From Epiperipatus broadwayi (taxonomy: Eukaryota > Animalia > Onychophora), in the NCBI GenBank assembly GCA_028023455.1, contig JAQFVV010000008.1:8246001-8310000 (forward strand): 64,000 nt of DNA, in the 5' to 3' direction. The notes below the pieces were generated by a model. It ran no database searches, had not been told where the DNA came from, and saw only the letters and a list, made by a program, of their open reading frames with translations. Position 1 is the first letter of the stretch, and each line of letters starts with the position of its first letter. Below are positions 36,691 to 50,916 of this stretch, piece by piece. The translations under genes and the position numbers were made by a program.

Positions 36691-39619
36691 GCTAGTACGT
36701 GTCAAATAATGTAGAATTCCTTCCTTCAATTGGTAAGTTTCTTTTACCATTCATTAGGACTTTGTCTCCACTTTCCAACACCTCCTCAATATCTAAATCC
36801 TTTAGTATGTAGGGTCCTGCTGTTGTATCCATCCTAAATGTTTCAGCTCTTCTTCCACTGATATATACCTCCTAGTTCTATTGTAGCCAAACATACATCT
36901 ATTTGTGATTCTGTAATTCCAGCCTCAAGTTACAGCTCAGTGCATCTGCAACAACATTCTCACTTCCCTTGCAGTATTGTATGGAGTAATTGAACTCCTG
37001 GAGAAAGACTCCACCAAATTATATTACTAAATATTACTATTTGTTAAATAGCTGTGGTTTAGGAACTCCAGGCTCTTATGGTCAGTCCTAATAATCACTT
37101 TTGATCCCATCAAGAACTGACAAAACTTCCTGGAATGCCCATACCATGGCTAAAGCCTCCTTTTCTGTCATAGAGTAATTAAGCTCCACATCCCATAATG
37201 GTCTGCTTACAAAATAAATTATGCCAAGCTTACTGTCCACTTGGACCTGCATCAAGGCTACACCTAATCCATACCTGCTACTATAAACCTGGATCAAAAA
37301 GGGTTTCTTTAAATCAGTGTGAACCAGCATCACCTGACTGATGAATTTTCCCCTTAATTCCTTGGAAGCCAATTTCTTGCTCCTCAATCCATTTCCATGG
37401 GGTTTCTTTATGTAGTAATTGGAGCAATGGTTCCATGTCTGCCACAGTTTTTTATAGATTTTACTACAGAAATTACACAATCCCAGGGACCTAGCCTGTT
37501 CAGCATGTTAGGGGTTGGGTAATCTTTAATCACTTGAACTTTATCAGGATGCTTAATTCCTTTTGCACTGATCAAATTTCCAAAGAAATTCACCTCATTG
37601 ACTGCTATGTAGCTTTTCTGAAGGTTGACGCGAATGCCCTTAATTTCACATTCTTGCAAGAACATATCAAGATCTTGTAAGTGCTCATTGGCATTCTTAG
37701 ATGCAATAATCACATTGTCCATGTATATTGTGACTATGATCTTGATCTCCTGTGACAATACATGATCTAGGCATTTTAACAGGCCTGCCCTATTTTTTAA
37801 CCTAAAAGGCATTTTGTTGAATTGGTATGAGATCCGTTTCCAATAAAATGCTGTAAATTTAGTCTGTGGGATGTAATCTGATCTGACAATAACAGGCAGT
37901 CAAATCTAGAGGGGAAATTTTTTTGTCTCTGAACCTATTCACTAATTCATTGATAGATGGAGGAACATTCTATTTGGACATGTGATCTTATTTCTGTCTA
38001 GCACCCAGACACAGGCTTACCAATCCATCCTTTTTTTACAATCACTAATGAATTATTGTAGGAGAATGAACAGTTTTTATTCCCATTCTTCCATTTGGAC
38101 TAATAGTTTTTGCACCTTGTTCCTAAATTGACGAGGTACTAGATATGACTGCACCTGGTATAGTGCCTCGTTCATATCCTTAATTTGGTGTTCATTGCCC
38201 TTAATCATTCCAGGTATGTCAGAAAAATTTGACATATCATCTACCTAGAAAATTTTTCAGGGTCCCCTTCCACTCCATCTTCATTGCTATCTGTTAATTC
38301 CCAAATCCTCATCTTTATTATTGGCCTTGTAGTCTTACTCTTTATGTTACATATCTCTTCTTGCTTTATTTTCATCCCAAATCCTTGACAATTTATTATA
38401 ATCAACCACACATCTGGTTTTGTGCATGAAGTCAGACCTTAATATAGCTTCATGAATCAAAGCTCTTAAAATCAGCAATACATGATGGATAATTTTATTC
38501 CCTATCCCAATCTGTACCCAAATTTGTTTTGAGCCTAATTGCACCCTTTAGTTATTCACTTACTGGGAGGTTTGGATTTCCATGCATTGTTTAATCATCT
38601 GCTTGCACGTCTCCGAAATTACCAATATCTGGCTGCCAGTCCCACAATGTCTGTATTTGAATCCCAATTATTGGTATAGTCAGTTCCAGGCACTCTTGAT
38701 GCATGAAATTAATGATTTCTCCATCCTACTCACACATAAGGTTATCTTTCCTCTATTCCTGGATTGTTTTATAGCTCCCTTTCACTTCCCTTTTTTACTA
38801 GTTCTTTAACTTCACTTAACTCTTTAGTTTATTCTTGAATCCTATCATTAATGACTTTATTCTTTCAAATGGCTCTACTTCTTTATTTTCTACTTTGCTA
38901 TCAACCACCATAGTAGTATATTTTCCATTTTGTAATTCCATAGTTATTATTTGTGGTTATAACTTTCTCTAAGTTCTATTTCTCTGATATAAAAGACGTA
39001 ACAAAAAGGCAAAAAAAAATCTCATGGCGGCAAATTCTGAATTACCGCCTCTTTTTTTTTCTAATCTGAAAAATTTTTTTTAAACAACTGTTTTTCTTTT
39101 TTTATATTACTCAAACTGTCAAATTTTTTCTTCAAAACTTATACTTCCTTAATTTCTTTTACTAATTATTACATAAACATTCCAATCCCTATTGTCATTT
39201 TTCCTTTTTGACACTATCCTCATCTATATATGCCCTTTCCCATACCCAGATCTCGAACAAATTTATCTATATCTTTTAATTTTATATATCTTTGGCATTT
39301 CTTTTTTGCCTACTTATCTTTCATTGTATTATCAAATAGTATTTGACTTTTTTAGATTGCACAAAGTACATTTTTATTTTATTGAAATATTTAATTTTTA
39401 TTGTTCAAACGTTTGCTAATATTTCTTTTCAAACTAACCCCTTCTTTAACATTTCCCCTCTATTCTACCTCTCTCAAAGGACAGAAAATCTTTAAATTAC
39501 AACGCTATAACTTTTATTTCTTTCAAATTACTACTCTCTATAATTATTTTCCGGCTCTGGGTTTTGTGTTTGTACCTCCATTATGGTTCATAAACACCCA
39601 TGTTGAATCACATTGTACA

Positions 39620-40926
39620 GTTTTCAGTCAATTTAATCTTTATATATCATAGATTGCTAATGTATTTGTTAATCAAGTTATATCTGCATTTATTCATTCT
39701 TGATATTAGAAATCTTCGCAGAACGTAACTACATTTCCAGATTAACACACCCAATTCATTATTATTATTATACAATTGCTCACTGCACCAGTTTTTAATT
39801 TATTTAGTCGGTGCCAGAGTTATATAACCCACTGACCTAGGGTTTTGGACCTTAGTTTTTCACCCATTTTTTTAAATAGTAATTTCCTGAGGTTATATCC
39901 TATGAAGCAGTATTGGCATTGAAAAAAACAGATCTCAAATTAGTTTGTCAGTATAACTGAATAATTACAAAAAAAAAAAAAAAGATATATAATGAACAAA
40001 TTATATTATAAAAATGATTTATTGAATCTAGGCATAAATTTAATAAGTATTAAAAGAAACACACAGACATTAAACAGATAGAATATATAATAAGCAAATA
40101 ATTAATATTTTATGTGTAATATTAATGTTACCTTAATCTGTCTCTTTATCGAGGATCCATTCACTTCTCAAACATTTCTTTTTTGTTTAGTGTCTTTATT
40201 TTTAAGTTAGTTTATTCTAAGGTTATGTTTAAACACTTTGAGATATTATGATTTATCTTACCAATAAGTTTCTTTGTAGTAGAGATATTACTTAATAAGC
40301 TACCATGCATGGTTTTGAGTCTGAAGAAATCCATGGTTTAGAATGTGTTTCTTCTTGCAAAGTTATTCAGCTTCTAACGTAGAAAAGGCAGTGGTTTGAA
40401 TCAGGGCATTAGTTTAGACTTAATATGGAAAGGACATATCGACAGATGCTCGGTTTCTACTTAGACATTGCTTAACATTTCTACACACAAGTAAATCTCC
40501 GATGAAACATTTCTATTGTGACTTCACTTGGGACAATATGAAGTTCATCTCAACTCAACTAAAAAACAAGAACCTCTCCAAAAATTCCTTTCTTTTTATA
40601 TCCTGCCAATTTTCTTCTACTGTGCAGATTCTCTTCTCACCTTTCTCTTTTTTGTACCAAATTATTTTTTTAACATTTCTTTAAAATTTTGATTTGCAAA
40701 GTCCATTTCTGATAACTCCCTCAGTGGCCATCTTTAATTAAAGGCAATTATAATTTTCCTATAATTAAAATTACTTGCCTTCAGATTTTATCTTGATTAG
40801 CAAATCTGCATGTGTTCTTATTTTTTCTTTTTAAAAAAATAATCTTCATTGTATACAAAATGAAAGAAATTATATCAACAACAACAAAAAAAATTATATA
40901 AATAATTTTCTTTTTTTAATATTCGA
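39620..40926. repeat. ~1.3-kb direct repeat, copy 2 (right of the Gypsy remnant)
   Basis: Aligns with 33475-34838. Confidence 0.85.
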
Positions 40927-41699
40927 GATTTTCAAATGCCAAACTCTTGTACTATATATATAATACACTATTAAATACCATGTTAATGTGGAAGGAACAT
41001 ACAATGGTGAAACTAGACACCTCTTGAAAAACAAAAAATATATAAATAATAATTAGAGAGAATAAGACAGATGTGTCTAAAGAAGTAGACCACACTCATA
41101 TTAATGAACATATGTTTGATTGGGCAAACAAAAATATTGGGCAGAAAAATAAAGAAAATTTAAAAAAACTACTCACATAATAATAGCAAATAATTCATAA
41201 ATCAAGTTAATGTAATAATCCATTATACTTGTAACCACACTATCTTGCCTTCAAAAAGAAAACATGGATGGAGGATTCTAATATAGATGTATACAAATTT
41301 TTACTGATTATCATTTTTGGTAAAATATTCTAATTGGTTAAAGTATTATCTTAAACTCAGTATTCATAAATGTAAAGATTCAAATTGTTAACAGTTGAAG
41401 ATTATCATTTAAAACACATTCAGATAATCTGTACTAAATTTTACTCTAGCCTTTTAATAGTTTGTGTTTGATTTTAATTTTTGCATTATTTATGAAAACA
41501 TCATATGCAATAATCAGATAATTTTATTTTAATCACTTTTTGATCTACAAAACTCTTCACTGAAAACAATTGTAAAAGTTTTATAAGCATAGCATTATTT
41601 GCAATATACACAATTAATCTTTTTTTGTGTGTGTTACCATATAGTCATTTAATATTCTTCAGAATTTTACAAAATATTCTACATTTAAGTCTTATTCTA

Positions 41700-41890
41700 A
41701 AGTTTAAACCATAGAAATTCTTATAGAATTAAATACCTTTTCATGATCTATAAATGTAATGCAAAATAATTTATTTTGATAATTGATTAGTCTGTTGTAG
41801 TATTGACCATTATAAATCAAGCTTATTTGAGACCAAAGTTTTCTGCTTATAAATTGTAATGATTTTATTAAGTATCTTATGTACAATGAA
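41700..41890 (-). mobile_element. RTE-like RT fragment
   Basis: ORF 41704-41886 contains LFCITFIDHEKVFNSI (cf. FVDYEKAFDSI). Confidence 0.55.
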
Positions 41891-42249
41891 TAAAAATGGT
41901 TAGATTTATAGATTTTAATGTCTTCTTTTTCATTTTAAAAAATATTTATATCATTTTTTCAGTCTTCCTAAAATCTGGGACATCCTTATTATTTAGAACA
42001 GTCTGATCTAAATGATAAAAGACCCTATATGGTAGTCTAAATTTGAAAAGTAGAAATTCTTAGTAACTTCAACCTTTGGTTATTAATTGCTGCTTTGATT
42101 GACTCTTAATAATCTCAGGGAATAAAGATCACATTTTTTTCTGTTGATCATAATAAAGTGAATATTCACCTGATTACATTGATATTTGCATATATTCTTC
42201 AAGAAAACCGAATCTATTTTTCAATCAAAACTAACAAGTTTCTTAAAAA

Positions 42250-44370
42250 AATTACATTTTCTTGAATCAATCGCTAAGATTTGAAAAAACACATCATGCT
42301 AGCTTGTCGATGTTATTGGGCAACTAATTTATTTTTATCTAATATATAAACATTACATGATAATAAATAGCTGCAATAACAGCAAAACATGGAATAACAA
42401 TAATTTGTCTGTTGGATTATTTTATGAGCTCATAGTGAGAAATTAAAAGATCTCTATTCATTTTAAAGGAAAACTTCTTTTTGAAGTCACCCTGCCTAAT
42501 ACCAGCTTTTTACAAAAATATGCTAAAAGTTAACATTTCATAGTAATATTTTCATGAATATTTACTATCACTGACTACATATCAAATATACCAAAATATC
42601 TTTCAGGTTAGCATATACATTATATATCTATAATGATAATAGTACACTTTTGTTTAGGAGAGCAAATGATTATTGAGCATCTAAATGACAATCATGACAG
42701 TTTTATTTAATTTCGTTAACTGATTTTTTTTTTTTTAGTTGGGAATTGATTAGTCTAAAACATGCAATGAAATCGTGCTAACCTCTTAATTTGTGTATTA
42801 GGTTTTAAAGCAAAGGTTGTACTTTAAAAGTATTCTGATATAAATGTCAAAACATATAAAAAAGTTTTACAATACAATGATAGCCGTCTTGCATTGGTGG
42901 TCGAGAGGTCAGCGATTTATGACCAAATTAAAAATTTTAAAACAAAGTAAACTAATGTCATGCCATTATTTTTGAATAGAAAAACTATTACCACTTAGAA
43001 TGCAATATGACTAATAAAAAAAGATTAATCTATGTAGTCTTTAAAATATTTATATACTTATGTAAGTATTAGGGAATCTGTGGAAGATGTTGTGGCATAA
43101 GGATTAGATTTGCTTACCATTCCCTGAGATTTTTTTTTTTAAATAGCTGAGGATTTTCATCAATGTTAGAATTTTTCATCCAGATAATTAAATACATAAT
43201 CAATCTAGTTGGCCAAGTAATTTTTCATCATTGAGTATTTAGCACTTATTAGAATAAAACATGCAAATAAAAAAACCCTACTAAATTCTTCATATTATAG
43301 TGAATAAACTGGATTTTCTTCCTATTTATTATTTTCCTGAACTACAATTATGAAGAAATCGTACGCTGCAGGCTACTTCAATTTATTATTATTTTGTTTA
43401 GGCATTCTGATTGTGTTTTTCATACGACTAAATAAGTAAAAATATCTATAATCAAAAATTCTTAGATAATTATTATTCCTTAAAAAAGATAAGCCAACCA
43501 TTCAAAGCTGTATAACTTTTTCATTAGCGATGAAGACTGCGTATTTTATTAAAAGGAATATATATATTTGGATCAGTATATTAGGTTTATCTTAGATTCA
43601 AACTGTTTTGAGACTTTCAATTCAACTAACAGGAAATATTAACCTAGCAATCATTGAATAACAGATATTCATGTGAAAAAATTGTCTTTCTACTTCCCTA
43701 TTTGCTGATATTCAATCAGTATAGTAATAAAATCTTGCAACTAATTTTAAATTTTAATGTTTTCTAAATATAATACATTGTTAATATTTATTTAAACACT
43801 TTCTGGTATTTAATATGACTTTAAAAAAAAAAAAAAAAGATTATGATTCCGAAAGAAATGAAAACTATGACAGGAAATCAGTTAAAACTAGTCATATTCT
43901 ACCCAGAAAAATTGAGTTTATATAAGGAAAGTTTGAAATTACTTTTACACACGCACACATTATCTATAAACATTAATTTCATTGATCAAATAACATATCC
44001 TAATAAAAATAAAACACAAAGTGCAATTTTCTCAAAGATCGCCAGAGAGATATTATTTTGCTCCTATGTTCTTCGTGCACGTATTAAATTGCAAGCCATT
44101 AATTTAACTCGACTCCTAGCTACAAAAATAACTTTAATCAACAGGATTACAAGAAATATCACTGACCCAATAAATCATCTGACAGTAGCAATGAAATTAT
44201 GTACCACTGTCTGGTGGATTGAACTTTGTTTAAATTCACTAACTTTTATTCTCGGTCTCTTTTTTTTTAAAAAAAGAAAAATGTCACCATCAGAATCTAA
44301 ATTGTTGGCCCAATTTCACAAGTGTGACTGCCAGGCATCTGACACGCAGAGTCATGATTGTACTGGCTGT
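42250..44370. promoter_or_regulatory. CpG-retaining unique region with clustered homeodomain-type motifs (candidate enhancer)
   Basis: CGs are visibly retained. GATTTATGAC at 42914-42923, CCATTAATTT at 44096-44105, CAATAAATCA at 44168-44177 next to TGACAG at 44180-44185. Confidence 0.35.
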
Positions 44371-44699
44371 CATACAATTTGTTTTATAGCATATTGGAAT
44401 GAGGAAAGATTTGTTAAAGGTTAGGGTGTCATTTATAAAATAAATCCAAATTCTTTATATTCAACTGATATAATACATAATTAGTTTTATTCATTCATTA
44501 TATAATCAATAATACCCCCCCCCCCCATTAAATATAAATTGGATAGCTATAAATCCACTACTTAATAACATTGAAAAATGGCTCCCAGGGATCTATATAC
44601 CAACACTTGGTTGTAATGTAGTCTGCATAGCCTACATGGATGATATAAGTTTTTATAACAATTAAAAAAACAAATACAAACATTAATTGATATAACACA

Positions 44700-45670
44700 T
44701 GAATACACTTGCACCTATAAACTAGAATTTAAGCTTCACAAACATGTGTTATGATCTATATACCCAAGCAAAACACATACAAATGTATTTCAGGGTAAAC
44801 CTACAGCCTATTTAGGATTCCCCGTTCACTTGAGTTACATGGCTATGTGAAGGCAAATACAAAACAAACTAATTCAAACAACAGAACAAACCATACCCTC
44901 CCTCTCAAAAGCATATCTGTCTCCATATTCAAAAGTATCATTCATAAAAATGCTGATTAGTACAAAAAATATTTATTATACATCGATTATAGTCTTCACA
45001 AAATCCTTTACATCAAAGATTTATTCATTGTGTAGAAAACTTTTATAAGGGAGAAAAATAATGGCCATCTCACTCAGGCAAATGCATGGCAACCTAAATG
45101 AATTAAAACTACATTCTATTCATGTATTTATAATACAAAAAACTATTAATCCTATATCATCCATGACAAGAATATATTCACATTTAGAAGTCACTCTTAA
45201 AATAAAACCTACAGACAAACCTCCTCCATACACAAAATATTTACATACAATCTAACTTTCTCACAAGACTTTTACATACAAGCACAAATTATAACTTAGA
45301 CTTGCCAATGCTAGGCAATAATAATAAGCAGCTAATACTTGTATTTAAATATTGGACACCTCGAGCCAAATTTTTTTGATTTTCTTCTCAAAACGAACAT
45401 GCGGCCATTATCAACATTATATTTCATGAGATATAAGAGAAACATACTTAATATTGACACTATATGTGAGTTGTGCCACAGATCAAAAGAGAACCAAAAA
45501 CATGTATTGAGTGTAGTAGCCTACAATACACTCAATCTTATATTACAAAAATTTATCAGAAAAAGAATGCCATTATAAGTTTATTTATAGAGACTTTTCC
45601 AAATGCCTGCTTCACAGAAATAAAAAAATACATTTATATTATATGTATTATGGTGCACTTATCTTTACAA
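44700..45670 (+). mobile_element. Non-LTR retrotransposon C-terminal remnant with zinc-knuckle-like motif
   Basis: AYLGFP (~44810), MHG (~45083) and CELCHRSKENQKHVL (C-x2-C-x8-H) in ORF 45339-45578. Confidence 0.5.
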
Positions 45671-46529
45671 TAATAATGCAAGAAACTTTAATATTTTTAA
45701 AAACAAATTAGAGACAATAAAACAAAAAGATGAAAAAAAAAAAATCACCCCATCAGACATTTTCACAGCCACTTGTCCGTCAGGGCTCTAACCTCTAGTG
45801 AGATGTATTTTGTTTCCTATTTTATTGTAAACGTTTTTAATAATAGTATAATTCACTGAATGCTACTGAAAATACTTATTGTGGTAGTCTTTGATTAGTT
45901 TTGGATTAATTTTTTTTTCTTTTAAACTGAAATATCTAGATATATATGTCCTTGAATAAAGTTCCTTCTAAAACTGGAAAAAAAAAAAAGGTTGTACCAT
46001 GTATAAAGATTAACAGTGCATATTATATAATGTCATATTTACTTGGCTAATATTTTTGTAAATATTTTAACCCACACATAAGAATATATGTTAAGTTTAC
46101 ATTTTCTGAGTTAACAAGTGAAAATTATACTGCTAATCATATTGCAAAAACAAAGAAAAAAAAATTGCTATATGATTATAAAAGCTAACTTGCATGCAAT
46201 TAGCAATGAAAACAATTATTCAATTGATAAGAAAACAGAGTGTTTAAATAAGTAAATGATTTGAGTAGCCAGTCTAGCTTGCCATCCAATAATGGTTGTT
46301 AGTGGGGAAAGCTGATCTAGATTGGTCAGATGAGTCAATATAATAACCATAAAAAAAAAAAAAAAAGGTAATATAATGCAGCCACCTTCATTATTGCTGA
46401 GAGAAATGTCATTTATCTTTTTATTACTTCATGAAATGAATGCTATTACACAGATTAGATGAAGACATACACAATGTTGAGATAGTATAATGTAGAATAG
46501 AAAGCATTGTGATAAAAAAAATTAAATCA

Positions 46530-46830
46530 AGTAAAAATCTTAATCTGACCAATATATTTGTAGTTGTTAATTTAGGCTTTTTAACATTTATCTTTAATCT
46601 TACTTTCATCTGATAACTCTTGCTACATTTTCTAAATCTCTAAAGTATTATTTGCAAAAACAACTACATCATCTGCAAAATCTAGATGATCTTTAAATAA
46701 TCTCCATTGACTTTTATTCCCTTAGTTTCCCATTTTAATCTGCAAAATACTTCTTGCAAAACTGCTGTAAAAAGTTTTGGAGATATGGAGTCACCCTGTC
46801 ATACACCTTTCTCAATGACAGAAATATCTA
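46530..46830 (-). mobile_element. RTE-clade RT core fragment
   Basis: Minus strand reads KGV*QGDSISPKLFTAVLQEVF...GIKVNGDYL..LDFADDVV...KVRLKINVKKPK. Confidence 0.85.
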
Positions 46831-47345
46831 CAAATAAGGTCTTTCAAGGTAATTTATCCCCCTCCCCCAAAAAAGTTACCTTAAGCAGCATAAATAGGTA
46901 AAATTGGAAAGATTTAACATCATTAAAAAATTGAGGATGATAGTTTGCAGAAAGCACTTAAAACCAATTATTGCTAATTTTGTTCTAATCAAAGATCCTC
47001 TTTAAGAATAAAAAAGCTTCAGTGAGTAGAACTATGTTATATAAACAATTATCTCCCTTTCCCTCCATTAGTTTAAATAACATAATAAAAGTAAAAAGAG
47101 ATGTTTGGATGAGGGTAGTTAAAAACAGCATCCCAATGAAGAAAACAAGTAAGCCAGAAATTAGTCTGACAATCTTTTATCCATTGATTAGAAATAATTC
47201 TGCAAAATATTATTGTTGTTAAATACAGATTAACTGTTAAGTTGAAAAAATTGTATGATGGTTTGTTTGATATTACTCATTTGCTATGATGAAGATCACT
47301 ATTTTGGTATGCAATATTTTGAGGAAATGTAATATGCAAAATAAC

Positions 47346-47545
47346 TGTACGCAAAAAAATGTATACGAGATACATTTAAAATCTAAATAAAATTTGCAAT
47401 TTTTGCCTAATGCACTTTCGAGTAAGTTATATTAGCCATAGCAATATTCTCCCCTGACTAATACAACTTAATCAAAAGTGACCTAGGCAAAAATTGCAAA
47501 CTTTCTTAAGATTTTAAACATATCTCATATACGTTTTTGGGTACA
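47346..47545. mobile_element. ~200-bp MITE-like inverted repeat
   Basis: ~70-bp imperfect TIRs, TGTAC(G/C)CAAAAA...TTTGCAATTTTTGCCTA. Confidence 0.7.
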
Positions 47546-50500
47546 AACAAAATACTTATCTTGTAAGTTGATATTAGTTTAACAATGATTAGATATTATT
47601 TTTAAAACAAAAAGTTTTTTCTACCTTCTATCTATAATCTTTCTCCAATTTATCCTACAGTCATTAATCATTTATTTTGTCATAAAAACAAATTATCAAT
47701 AACTTCTCATGCTATTTATTAATCTTCTCTGCATATTAATGTGATGAGATTATGTTTCTGTGAAACTATAGTTTCTTCCTTTAATAATAAGTGCAGCAAT
47801 TTTGGCCAAATCTTTTTTTATTTTATGGAAATACATCTTATATATAAAACATGTAAAGATCTTGGCATTAAGAAAATAGGTTTGCAAGCAAAACTAGTAG
47901 ACAGGAATCCTTAGTAGCAATCTTATACAATATAAAACAATCAGAAATGTGTCACTTGATACTGAATTTGGGTCAGTTTTATTCAGAAAATGTTTGAGAA
48001 ATTCTAATTAAAAATCCATAAACATGAAAGAATCCAAAAAGTATCATTTAAAAATGGCATATTTTGAAAATGTGGTGAATCCACTATGCACAGATTATCC
48101 CATTTAAACAATAAAAATAGTTATAATGTCAATAATAGTGACAATAAAGATAATGGTAATAGCAGTAAACTTTTTTTTTTTTTCAAAATATAAATATTTG
48201 AATTGTAAAAATTTTGCTTATTATGGATCCTTCTAAAATATAAATCTAGGATTACTGCTTGTAACTAAAAAATTGTCAAGGTTTAAAAATGGGTATAAGT
48301 TTTTTGGATTGCAGTTTGTCAGTAGAGATGTATAGTGTTAGATTCATCATAAAGTGTAATATGTTACCTTCTATTTTTGGGAATTTCTATAAAAAACAGT
48401 AATTCACAAAGTTCAGAGAAAGAAAGCCTTAATTCGTTATTAGTATAGGGCTATCAAAAAAGATACTGGACCCATAACAAATTAATAATGCAGGGCTCTT
48501 TCACATTAAAAAACACTTGACAAAGCAATATTTTAAAACATAATATGAACTAAAAAATGAACTTATATAATAGCATATCAAAAGCTACTTATAATATTCT
48601 ACAATCAGTAACAATTTGTCACAAAAGAATGTATAAGCTGGAACTGATCCTCTGCCTTCAAATACTAATTATCAAATATCCTTCCTAATTTTAATAGTAG
48701 CAATTTTTTTTAGATTGATTATAAGTTCCTGAACTATAAATAATAATGCCAAACTATTTAATCTCTCCAGACTGTTGATATAAACAGTTTGTATTCAATG
48801 AAAGTTTATTAAAAGTTCTCTCATCTCCAACTGTTAATAAAGGAAGAATGCAAACACATTCCAATTATAATGCACATTTCTGAAAATATGCACAATATGA
48901 CTGAAAATTAAAACAAAATTTAAATTGCCAAAGATCTTATTTAGTTCAGTGTTTCTGAATGTTGCCTTAAACTTTATTTTCAGGTAAAGAATTTCATCTT
49001 CAAAAGAAGATAATTATTAATTAATACATTAAAATTTATTGAAAATATTCAAAAGTAACTGTGAATAAATTACAGGTATTTTTTAAGGAGAAAGTTTAAT
49101 AAAAAATGTATTACAATAAAAAACTTAATTCTTTTAAAATGTGTTTGTGGTTCTGTTATATCACTGTTTTTTTATTAACTTTTTTTTGTTCTTTCAAAGT
49201 GTTAAATCAGACTCTACCTACCAATATATTTGCAAAAAAAAAAAAATTGTTTCTAACAAAATATTTGCCCAATGATTTTTGAGTCTTTGAAGTTCTTTTG
49301 AAAGTTCCTCAATATTTGCTGCTGTTTCTATTGAAATTCTATTAGATGGTAATTTTTGAATTAAGTTTTAAAAAATTCCTTTATAATCATTGGATTCTTT
49401 GCTTCTTGAAATGAACCTATTAATATGCTATAAATATGCATAAAATGTAATAAAAAAATTTAAATGGTATAAATATTAATAACAAAAATCAACAGAAAAA
49501 ATTATGATAAAGATAAAACAATACACTTTATTTAAAATGATATATATATACACAATTACATATATATATTTATATAAAGTATGAATGAAATATATAAAAT
49601 AAAAGTAAAAATTTCTATATACAATGATTAATATGAATTGTCTCAAAAATGTTAAGAGTGTGAAAAAAACAACAACAACCCACAGTTCACAAATAAAAAT
49701 ATTGTCCTAAGAACCCCTTCCCTTTGCTCACAGTCAAAATAAGATTTGAAACAATCTGAAATTAAGCCAAAATTAATAGAGACAAATATATATATAAGTT
49801 GTTAAAAAATAACTATTGTATATAAAAAAAAACCTTACATATAATTATCTTTAAGAGATTTATTTGTTGTATAAAATATATAAAATTTAAATATTGTTTG
49901 CAAAGGCCAAACACTAGTCATTTTTAATGAATTAGAAATATATAGAACTATGTCCTTTTTTTGTAAAAAAAAAAAATATTTATATTTATAACTGTAATGC
50001 ATAATTACTTTTTTAAATAAAATTTCTATAGATTTCAAAATTCTATTACCAGAATTATATTCTATTTAAAATTTATAATAAATTATTTAATAATAAATTC
50101 TGATATAAGCTTATAGCTTTTTTTTAATGTCTGGCATCAAACTTTGCAAAATGCTAATTTCAAGATTGTATCAAGTAACTGAGCATTAACCATATGTACC
50201 TGTCCCAATATATGGAATAGCTTTTACTGTTTATTATATTTTCTATATTTATTTAGTCTTGTTTGTTTGTTTTTTTTTAATTTTTTTTTTCTTTTAACAT
50301 AAAAATCTAATTATGATTTTAAAAAAGTCTCAAATTATTAATATTTTTTTCATTAAAAAAAATGGATATAAAAAAAGGAATAAGGTTGCCAAATAATAAG
50401 TGTTCTACTAAACTCAAAAAAAAAGTCACACTTTTGATTTTTTTTTAACAATCACAATATCTTTTCCTTTCTTTCATTTTTTTCATGCTTACATAGTTTA

Positions 50501-50775
50501 TATATTTATAAACAAATCTTTTTTGTTTGTTTTCACAAATGTATTTCATGATTATGAAAAATGATAAAAATACATCTTCCACAGCACAACACAATACGTT
50601 TAAATACACAACAAATACAAAAGATTTTCTCTTAAAAAAAAAAATATAGATAAAAAAAAACATTCAAAACCTTCTTCATGATAATGAATTGAATGTTATT
50701 CAGAAGACATCACTCCACCATATAATTTGCACTGACAAGTTTCTTCTTTGGCTGAAGTGAAATTGAAATCACAGA

Positions 50776-50916
50776 TTATAACTTGAGGCCAGGTCTAACC
50801 ACAGCTGATCCTTTGTGATCACTATTCCACGACTTTGATTTTGCACGAAAATGTTTTAAATCATTTTCATGATCTTTATGAAGCATAGGTTTATATTCCC
50901 GAGGATCACATAATTC
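50776..50916 (-). CDS. cdc25: Cdc25/string phosphatase, last coding exon (ELCDPREYKPMLHKDHENDLKHFRAKSKSW...GLKL*)
   Basis: Cdc25 C-terminal motif (C-x-P-x2-Y-x-PM ... FRAKS-x-W). AG acceptor at 50918-50917, phase 0, stop TAA at 50778-50776. Confidence 0.93.
   Translation of the reverse strand, partial: ELCDPREYKPMLHKDHENDLKHFRAKSKSWNSDHKGSAVVRPGLKL

Larger units (their letters stand above)
34950..39050 (-). mobile_element. Ty3/Gypsy internal region (gag, protease, RT, RNase H, integrase), degraded, with a PLE inserted
   Basis: Protease-like ORF 38347-38544. RT PFRLKN...YMDNVII (37408-37812). RNase H KPFLIQVYSSRYGLGVAL...NYSMTEKEALAMVWA (37088-37480). GSENVVADALS (~36960). Integrase DFYGPLP...ILSDRG (35475-35693). 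Confidence 0.9.

Noticed and set aside
43350-43439. 29-aa ORF with a hydrophobic segment (MKKSYAAGYFNLLLFCLGILIVFFIRLNK)
   Set aside because: Splicing to the next good acceptor gives an immediate stop, and hydrophobic micro-ORFs are common in T-rich DNA.
43843-44424. 193-aa plus-strand ORF, the longest non-TE ORF
   Set aside because: No recognisable domain or splice-bounded structure. It overlaps a CpG-rich, motif-rich stretch that is better explained as non-coding.
48900-49410. Protein-like minus-strand stretches (KLPSNRISIETAANIEELSKELQRLKNHW)
   Set aside because: They are interrupted by stops or frameshifts and I cannot name a family. Possibly an old TE.
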